Part shown: in pieces, positions 35,554 through 44,737 of the stretch
Layout: each line of letters starts with the position of its first letter
How positions within the stretch are numbered: the stretch's first letter is position 1
Source of the DNA: Octopus sinensis
Taxonomy: Eukaryota
DNA length: 44,737 nucleotides
NCBI RefSeq assembly: GCF_006345805.1
Contig: NW_021834953.1
Location: 1 to 44,737 of the forward strand
Direction of reading: 5' to 3'
Program-made: the position numbers and the translations under genes
Notes under the pieces: generated by a model
Told to the model about the DNA's origin: nothing
What the model saw: only the letters and a program-made list of their open reading frames with translations
The model's database searches: none

Positions 35554-36229
35554 CGATGTGTAGTTGTAACTATGGGCATGCATGTTCAGGTATGTTAATA
35601 TGCATAGAATTTATATTTATGCAAAAAAAAATCCAAAAAGATTACACGTTGAAGAGAATTTACAAAGTATGAAAATATTCCTGTTCATAAAAAAAAAAAA
35701 GATGCATAAACAACAACAGAACAAAATACATGAAACAAAAAAAGATTCCCAAAGATTTGAGTGACCAATGCCCCCACCCCCCAACCCCAGCCCCTACACC
35801 ACCACAAATCTTTCCCATGGTATAAGATTGGTGGTAGGAGTTGGAGGCTGTAGAGAAAAAAGGAAAGTTTGTTGAAAGTAAAAGTACACTACCTGTCTAA
35901 AACTGGTGGTACCATAATTCTGCAGAAAGAAAGGAGACTTAGGAAATGTTTGATAATGGCTACTCAGTCATCTGTTATCGTCCATGTAACTTTCTGTCCA
36001 TCCATAACCTTCATCCAGCTGACTGGCCATGAAAGCCAGCCAGCCAGCCAGACAGCCTGCCAGCTAGTTTGCTAGCCAGACAGGCAGACAGACAAACAGA
36101 CAACTGGATTGAGACATAGGCACAGACTGACTGGCTGACAGCCAGACAGAGAATCAGGCAGGCAGGCAGACAGAGAAACTGACAGTCAAACAGACAGATG
36201 GACAGAAGAAATGAAAAACCATCTTAGAA

Positions 36230-36280
<51 letters not shown>

Positions 36281-36718
36281 AGGAATGGCTGCAGTGTATA
36301 TTTTCAGTCAGTCAGGCTAGTGGCCAGAGCCAGAGACCAAAGAAGAGTAAACAGTATCTAAGTGGAAGTTGTGGGGGTAAATAGTGAGAGAGGAGGTGGA
36401 AGGGAGCCTAGGGATATAGGTTGGAAGGTATGGGGGTAGGGGAGAGAGAGAGAGAGAGAGGACTTCAAGAAAGACAGAGGGAGAAGTTTTGGAATGGCAG
36501 TAGAGGGAGGAATAACACAAACAAAAAGAAACACCCCCTCCCTTGAGAGAGAGAAAAATAAGTAAGAAAAGCAGGAGAGAGAATAAGAGAGTGTATATCA
36601 GGTGGAGTTTTTGGCTTTTATTTACAGAATGTGTTACTTTCATAACAGAAAAGAAAATATGTGCCTGTGCATATGTGTGCGTGCGCGAGCGTGTGTGTGT
36701 GTGTGTACATCTATGTAG

Positions 36719-36785
<67 letters not shown>

Positions 36786-37768
36786 TTTATATACATACAC
36801 AAGTAGCCTTTCATTTGTTTCACTATGTGCATGTGAGTGTATGTGTATGTGTGCCTGTGTTTATAAAGAGAGGAAGAGAGATATTGACAGAAAGGAAGAG
36901 ATGTATAGACAAAGGAGTGGTAAGGGAAGAAAAAGAGAGAGAGAGAGAGAGAGAGAGAAGTAAGAAGGAGAGGGGGGTTGAATAAAGAGAGGAGAGAGTG
37001 CAGAGTGAGATGAGTCAGTATTTACACTAGCCAACATCATAAATAGATTGTGTTGACACCAAGCAGAACTGTTTTCATATCTGTCCTATCACCAAGGAGA
37101 CAAGGGACCCTGATGTTGTAGGAGGAATCTAACAGTAGACTGGACAACAACAACAACAACAACAACAACAACAGCAGCAGTACTAACGTGACTAGACCTT
37201 CATAGACAAATAACTAGAAATGGTTTTAGCAGTAATTACTACAACATGCAACAGAAAGGAAAATAAAGAAAACAGTTGCTCTTATATGTTCAAGCGCGTG
37301 CACACACACACACACACACACATTTATATATGTGTGTGTATGTGTAGATACATAAACCAGATATATCTGCACAAACATATACACAGATTTATAATACATA
37401 TTATACATATATATATATATATATATTCAAAGGAATAGAATTATATATATATATATATGTATTGAAAGGTATAGAATTATACATATATACATGCACACAC
37501 ACATATACACATATATATACATATATATATACACACACACACATTTATATATATATTTTCCTTCAAAGGTATAGAATTATATATATATAGATACACATAT
37601 ACATACACACATGTATTTATATATACCTACATATTCATATATACATACACTACATATATACACACACAAACATATATATATATACACGAATACATGTACA
37701 CATATATATACACAATGCATATACACATGTATACAAATACATATGCATATATACACACACACACGCAC

Positions 37769-38567
37769 GTATTTCAGGATAAAGCTGATTTTTTTTGATT
37801 TTTTTTTTTAGGAACAGGTGACATGGAGGACTGGACGCATCTTTGAATATAGGGAAAGAGTTAGCTGTATCATGATAATTGATGCTGGGTATCAAAATGC
37901 CAGCATCATGACCGCTGCTCAATGCTCTGTGAACATCATAAAGGCTGTAAGACAGGGCATGGGCATCGCGAAAACCAAATTCCCTTTAACTGGAATGCTC
38001 CTTGGTTGTGTCTCCAGTAAGGGAGGCATCGTGCCACCTAACATCTTTGAACAGAGCCTTCCGCTCATTTCAGATAGCTATATGAAGCTGCTGGAGGTTG
38101 TGGTCAAACCCTGCCTGGAGAGTGTTGCTGTTAGAAGGCCATATGTGTGGCAGAAGGATTTGACTCCTTGCCATACCACCAGAAAGAGTAAAAAGCAGTT
38201 GTCAGAGAATTTCTACAACTTCACCAGCCCCAATTTTTGATCTCCTAATTCTCCTGAGATTGTTACCCTGCAGATTACCATGTGTAGATCACGGTTGAGA
38301 AAGGCACCAGCTGCTCTGCCTGCAACACCAAGGACAATCTTGTGCTTAAGATTAAGGTGGAGTTCAAAGATTTCAGAGATACAACGAATAATGCATGTGC
38401 TGCTAGGTTCCAGAGTCATCTCTGAAGCCATAATGGAAGCTAAGTAAACTTACCTCTCGGCCATAATACACTTGATTTCTTCATAATTTTCAAAATACTT
38501 CAATTTTTACATGGGATTTTGTGTTTTCTTTTTGTTTAACCAAACTGTCAAATCCAGCCTGAAGACA

Positions 38568-38569
<2 letters not shown>
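37769..38569 (+). mobile_element. Internally deleted Tc1/mariner (maT/DD37D-like) transposon, pseudogenised
   Basis: ORF 37818-38240 contains KTKFP...LGCVSSKGGIVPPNIFEQ...LLEVVVKPCLESVAVRRPYVWQKDLTPCHTTRK...LSENFYNFTSPNF, then TGA (W) SPNSP and a frameshifted DYHV...CNTKD...ACAARFQSHL. This is a maT-type catalytic domain. The first catalytic D region is missing and the terminal repeats are weak. Confidence 0.85.
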
Positions 38570-38604
<35 letters not shown>

Positions 38605-38750
38605 TATATTTACAGTAAATTATATATACATATGCATATATGTGCATATAAAGGATGATGATTAATACTAAAAAATTGCTGTTAATACTAAAAATTTTTT
38701 AACTTCTCAATCTCCATTTTCTTTTCTTCTGTTTTACATATATATATATA

Positions 38751-39150
38751 GGAGCAGGAGTGGCTGTGTGGTAAGTAGCTTGCTAACCAACCACATGGTT
38801 CCGGGTTCAGTCCCACTGCATGGCATCTTGGGCAAGTGTCTTCTGCTATAGCCTAGGGCCGACCAAAGCTTTGTGAGTGGATTTGGTAGACGGAAACCGA
38901 AAGAAGCCTGTCGTATATATGTATATATATATATGTATATGTTTGTGTGTCTGTGTTTGTCCCTCTAGCATTGCTTGACTACTGATGCTGGTCTGTTTAC
39001 GTCCCCGTCACTTAGCGGTTCGGCAAAAGAGACCGATAGAATAAGTACTGGGCTTACAAAGAATAAGTTCTGGGGTCGATTTGCTCGACTAAAGGCGGTG
39101 CTCCAGCATGGCCGCAGTCATATGACTGAAACAAGTAAAAGAGTAAAGAG
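38751..39150 (+). mobile_element. Family 1 SINE, full length and apparently young
   Basis: GGAGCAGGAGTGGCTGTGTGGTAAGTAGC (A box)...GGGTTCAGTCCC (B box)...TTGGGCAAGTGTCTT...TGACTGAAACAAGTAAAAGAGTAAAGAG; retains many CpGs. Confidence 0.92.
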
Positions 39151-39377
39151 TATATATATGCATTATGTATGTGCCTTACATATATTTATATCATATGTGA
39201 GGAGTAGGCACAGCCGTGTGTTTAAAACATTTGATACCCATTAACATTGCTTTGCCTTCAGTTTTACAGCATAAAATCATAGTCATGTGTCTTCTACTCA
39301 AGCTATGGGCTGACAAAAGTCTTATGAGCACATTTTAGAAATAGAAATGGATAGAAACGTCATATATATATAAATTA

Positions 39378-39725
39378 TCTTTTACTTCAGTCATTGGTCA
39401 GAGGCCAGGCAAGGACAGTGCACTCATGGAAGGTTTAGCTGAATAATTCTTTTTTAAACCTGGAACATATTTAGACAATTTCTTTTGCTGAACCACAAAA
39501 TCACAGGGAAATAAACAAATCAAAACCAGTTGTCAAGCAGTGAGATTGGGAACAAACACAAAGACACACAAATATACATATGGACTTCCACACAGTTTCC
39601 TTCACCCAACTTCACTCACAAGGCATTGGTCAGCCCAGGTTTATAGTAGAAGACTCAGGCCTGAGGTGCCACATAGTGGGACTGAACCAGGAACCATATA
39701 GTTGCAAAGCAGACTTACTAATACC
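39378..39725 (-). mobile_element. Degenerate family 1 SINE, minus strand
   Basis: CTTTTACTTCAGTCATT tail...AAACACAAAGACACACAAAT...CACTCACAAGGCATTGGTC...TATAGTAGAAGAC...GTGGGACTGAACCAGGAACCA. Confidence 0.7.
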
Positions 39726-39849
39726 TTCAGGGAAATGGCCTCAAAAGATGTAGGTACCCAATGCAAGCTATGGTGCAGTGAGTGGTTAACAGAGAAAGAA
39801 GTTTTCGCATGAGGCAGATGTGCAGGAATTATAAACACTTAGATTGTAC

Positions 39850-40020
39850 AAGAAATAGACTTCCTTAAATATCCAGGGGTGGCCTTAGACAGTTTCTGCT
39901 ACCTAGGGGACCAAATTAGCTGGGAGGAGGAGGAGGAAGTTGTTCTGAATGTGTAGCAGCTAATAATTAGAAGCAGTTTGGCAGAGTTAGGAATGCTATT
40001 ACTTCAGGTTAATAACTCTA
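39850..40020 (+). mobile_element. RTE-clade LINE RT fragment
   Basis: Translates LDSFCYLGDQISW, matching the RTE motif VDSFCYLGDxIS, followed by a decayed WAxFRELL-like segment. Confidence 0.55.
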
Positions 40021-41258
40021 TGCAGCTGAACTGGTCCCATGGTAGAACCCATATTTCATTCAATCTTTTTTCATGAAAAAACACAAAATATGAACTAATT
40101 GCAAACTGAAACCAATCAATACTTCCATCAAATCAGTTTATTAGAAGAATCAAAAGTCCATGCTCATATGACTTCATGGTGTGACACTTGCAAAGATGGA
40201 GAGAGGAAATTTCTTGGCTTGACAATGTCCAGGTGGTGGGTGGGGATGATAGACAAGCGAGCACATGGTGTATACCAGACCATAGACAAAATTGAGTGTA
40301 CACTGGCATTTGGAGGATAGATTCATAAAGTCATCATTTCCATGAAAGGAATGACACCCCATTTATGATCCTGTTTAGAGGCTGATCTACAACGTTATCA
40401 CATCCTGGTTACATAATGTTTACTGCCATGGAAAAACCCAGTGCATTGATGAAGGTATGGTACTCTTGAAAGGATACTTGAAATTTACACAGAATATTCC
40501 CCAAAAGCTATAAAGTTTTAGAATCAAATTCTGTTGTATGAAAATTAGTTGGGCTACACATGTGACTTTGATGTGTATTTGGGTGATAACTATAATCCTG
40601 ATCCTGGTAGTGAGAAACCTGAGGCACATCTGGGCCCTTATTATGCTGTTTTTAGGAAACAGTTTAGAAAAATCTGTATTGATGACAACTATGTCAATTA
40701 CAAACAAAGTTGACCACATGGGAAATGCTGATCACTGACCAAATATGTAAATATTTGAACCTTCAAAAGAAAAACTGTGAAAAGATGGCTGAGTCTTTTT
40801 CTTCACCTGATAAACCCAGTACTTTGTGCAAGCATGTAGAACCAAGATACAGGCGCTAAGAGTGTGTGAAAAACCACTGGAAATCCATTGATACCTGCTT
40901 TGAGAGATACCACATCCACTGGTTCACTTGACGAACAATGATTGCAGTTCTGAATCAGACTGACTGACCCTTATGATGCTGGCTTTAATGATTCCTTATA
41001 CAACACACAAATGTTTGATTGTTGTATGTGAAGCAAGGTATTATATTTGAGTACAAGAATTACTGATTGGGATCAAAAAACAGGTTTTAGTTTGTATTTG
41101 TGCAAATAACTTAGGAAAGTCAATTTCAGCCAATTTTAACGAATTAATTCAGTAGCTGCATGTCAGTATGCAAAAATTTAATCAATACGGCGAGGGTTAA
41201 AAGATGATGATGATGTCCTATATATAAATATAATACATACAATTGTTTATGTGTATGC

Positions 41259-41344
<86 letters not shown>

Positions 41345-41929
41345 CATATATATACATATATATATATATAATACAGATTTTGTGTGTGTGTGTGCACATG
41401 TGTGGCTGTGTGGTAAGAAATTTGCTGCATGTTGTCTTTAACATTATGGAAAGTGAAAAAAGCTTGTCATGGGTAATATCTCCCCACGGCCAGTTATTTC
41501 TTCAGGGGAATTGGAAATAAAGGGCACCTGTTTTGATGATGGTGACACTTGCTTAAAACTGTCATACAGTGTCAAGATGACATAGTAACACACACACACA
41601 TACGTGTGTGCGTGTGTGTGTGTGTATTTATATATATTGATTTCACTTGGCAATAGCAATACTAATAACTAGATGCTAGAACTCTAATCTATTTTACAGT
41701 AAAGCTTCAGGCTTAATACAGAGAGTGAAATTATTTAAGGAATGACAAAAGAACCCAAATTACATAATTGCTTTGATTAGCTTACAGCTGTTTCAGATAT
41801 CAGTAAGCATGCACCCAGAAGTGAGTGCTCATTTTATAGCGTTTATCTTTTACTTGTTTCAGTCATTAGATTGTGTGTGTGTGTGTGTGTGTAAATACAT
41901 TTTATATGTGTGCATGTATATAAACACAC

Positions 41930-42560
41930 GTTGAAGAATTTTTCAACTATGCCCGAGTGTGGGACATGCTGCTCATCAAAACTACCTCCTCATTGGCTCC
42001 ATCCATTCCTCATCTCTTGAACTGGTATCTTCCTATCAGGTCATGCTATTGTGATGTGAGTTGACGAAGCACTGACCAGCATTCTATCAAATATCAAATG
42101 TCCCAGCATTTGGGTTTTGTCTCCACTCGCTTCTTTCAATACATCAATGACTTACTTGCAATCATGTCCAAGAATGCATCATACATAGGTGATACTACCC
42201 TTCATTCCCTCCTTATCTTCTCTCAGGTCAAATTTCCACTGAGCCAGAAAATATTTCAGCTATTAAAGACCCTCAACAAATTTTAGTGAGGCCAGGACAA
42301 CTTTGTCTCTTTCAATAGCCAAAAAAAAAAAAAAAAACCACAGGCATCACTCATATCAATTAAACATTATTGCACTACACCACACTTTAACATGATCATT
42401 ATGTACATAAAACTCTACCAAGAGCTTCAAATGACAGGGTCTCACCCACCAAGCATCTGGCAAACACTTGCCCTTAACTAATACTTCATCGCAACTCTTT
42501 TCCTTGGAGCCAGAAAATATTTCAGCTATTAAAGACCTTCAACAAACTTTAGGTGAAACC
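41930..42560 (+). mobile_element. CR1/L2/Jockey-type LINE RT fragment
   Basis: ORF 42098-42286 has FFQYINDLL...SYIGDTTLH, matching the LFxxYINDL...YADDxTL RT core. Upstream RVW...LI and downstream ARKYFS segments fit the same family. Confidence 0.6.
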
Positions 42561-42605
42561 CACAAAAGAATGCACGCACTCCTTACAACAGGAAGGGCAT
42601 TGTTA

Positions 42606-42662
42606 ATGGACGAAATGCCGCTAAACATTTTGCTCAGCATGCTAACAATTCTGCTAGCTGAC
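42606..42662 (-). mobile_element. Family 5 SINE 5' fragment
   Basis: Reverse complement GCTAGCAGAATTGTTAGCATGCTGAGCAAAATGTTTAGCGGCATTTCGTCC matches the head of 30501-30715. Confidence 0.7.
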
Positions 42663-43129
42663 CATTTTACCTTTGTCTGGTAATATTACCAAGATTGATC
42701 CCTTTCACTTCTCCCATCACAATCACCAATACAACAAGAACAACAAATATTATCACCACCAAAGGTCTCGTCCCCACCCCCACACACACACACACTGTGC
42801 CCTCTCCTCTCTAAGACAGTGAATACACCATCTACATATGACTGACTGGCTTGGTCTACATGTATGACTGGTCAACATCAAACATTTATAACATCAACAA
42901 ACATCATCAGCATCATCGTTAACAGTGACAGCACTAAAGATGATACCATCATTAACAACTATGACAACAGCAACAACAACCAAAGCTACTGAGCTGTATT
43001 GGACTGAAAAGCAAGACTGATGCAAAAAATCAAGAAAAACAACAGAAATAGATTGACTGCATGTTACACACATACGCGTGCATGCACACACTATATACAA
43101 AATACATACGCATTCATACCTGCATGTAT

Positions 43130-43165
43130 GCCTAAGTATCAATACACACACACACACACACAAAC

Positions 43166-43204
<39 letters not shown>

Positions 43205-43459
43205 TACATGTGTGTGTGTATATATAAATACACACATGCAGACACACTCTCACACAAATATATAAGAACTGGAAAAGCACTGTGAGTAGCGGTGTAAAAC
43301 AGCATCTGATTGTCCGGTCGATAATGTGTTAAGTATGTATATATATAATATATATATATATAATATATATATATATACACATATATACATATACACACAT
43401 ACAGCTATATATATATATATATATATATGCACAAACACACACACACAAATATCTATCTA

Positions 43460-43522
<63 letters not shown>

Positions 43523-43535
43523 GTATGTATATCTG
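43130..43535. repeat. Compound (CA)n/(TA)n/(TATG)n microsatellite block
   Basis: Direct inspection. Confidence 0.85.
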
Positions 43536-44737
43536 GTGGTGGTGGTAATAGTGTCAGCTATTATAAATACTGTTGGCAGCAGTGTGGCTTGTTGTTGTTT
43601 GTATTTATATGATGATGATGATGGTGGTGGTGGCAGTGTTGTTGTTGTTGGCAATTGAGGAAACCAGGAGATATAAAGTATTTAATGTAATGTAGTGGTC
43701 ATTGACTACACACACACACACGTGTGCATGTGCGTGTGTATATACATACACATATATGTGTGTGTGTGTGTGAGTGTGTGTATGGTTAGATAGAGACAGT
43801 ATTGATTATTATATATGTTGTCGTGAGTATATCAACGATTTATGTGTGTCTGTGTGTGCATATGTATTTGTATATTTATTTATACATACATACATATATA
43901 TATATTTCTACACAGTCACACACACAAATATATTCGTGTCATCATCATCATCATCATCATCATAATCATCATCATTTAACCTCCATTTTTCCATGCTTGC
44001 ATGATGTGTGCGCACACACACACACACACGCACACACACACATGCATATATGTATATGCATACACATGCTTTCGATAACATTCCTTCCACTAAAATAGTA
44101 AAACCTCACTTTCTCTGCCTCTCAAGTGGTAGTGGTGGTGGTAGTAGTAGCAGCAGCAGCAGTAGTAGTATTTTGTAACACATCCATCACCACCACCACC
44201 ACCACCACCACTACATCACACAACCCCTAACACTATTACCACCACCCACCACCACCACCAACACCGACCATCACCACCGGTACAGAGAAATGGCCGCAAA
44301 AATGGCCATAATGACAAGTAGAGTGCAGCGGCAGCAGCAGTGGCAGCAGTAACAACAAGAACAACAGGACTAACAACAATAACAACAAAAACAATTGCTG
44401 TGGTCACAATGATGGGAATGTTGGCAATGGTGACTAACAGACAGACATGTCTATATACATTAATTACACACTAGTGAGAATAATAAATAACTGCAAATTA
44501 ATGTGTATGCGCGCGTGTATATGCACACACACACACACACATTTACCTGCAGGTACACTTTACATATGTAAAATTACATACATGAAGTCACAGTCACATA
44601 TACACAACCATGCAGGATGCTAACACTATATGTATATATATATATATATATATACATGCATACACATTATATATATTTATACATACATTCTTGCAATATA
44701 TATATGTTTATATACACACACACACACATATATATAT

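Noticed and set aside
47-44407. Dozens of ORFs rich in H/T, C/V, I/Y, R/E or L/S
   Set aside because: They are translations of (CA)n, (TG)n, (TA)n and (GA)n microsatellites, with no domain signal or splice context.
7371-44737. Upstream FoxP coding exon or start codon
   Set aside because: No segment with recognisable FoxP N-terminal similarity and paired splice sites was found by eye; it may lie outside the window or be too divergent to recognise.
1-44737. Frequent TGTTTAC/GTAAACA forkhead sites across the window
   Set aside because: Roughly ten are expected by chance at this length and AT content, so there is no basis for claiming enrichment.

Overview
AT-rich animal genomic DNA, dense in microsatellites. 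It is most likely an Octopus species (inference from the SINE families recalled and the (AT)n/(CA)n/(GA)n load). The only host coding sequence I can support is two glutamine-rich N-terminal exons of a FoxP (FOXP1/2/4-type) transcription factor on the minus strand, 7023-7370 and 1543-1852. Both have canonical splice sites and compatible phases. The zinc finger, leucine zipper and forkhead exons must lie beyond position 1, and no earlier coding exon was recognisable in 7371-44737, so the rest of the window is probably FoxP intron or upstream sequence. It holds several tRNA-derived SINE families, (GAT)n-tailed RTE-related short elements, decayed LINE pieces (R4-like, RTE, CR1/L2/Jockey), an internally deleted Tc1/mariner (maT-like) element, a MITE, minisatellites and a 624-bp tandem duplication. 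Nearly all entries in the ORF track are repeat artefacts. I see no novel protein-coding system. The best leads are non-coding: a 63-bp-stem hairpin between the two exons, a roughly 960-nt nested SINE-MITE-SINE palindrome, an 85-bp inverted local copy, and transcription factor motif islands upstream of the exons. All alignments and identities were judged by eye.
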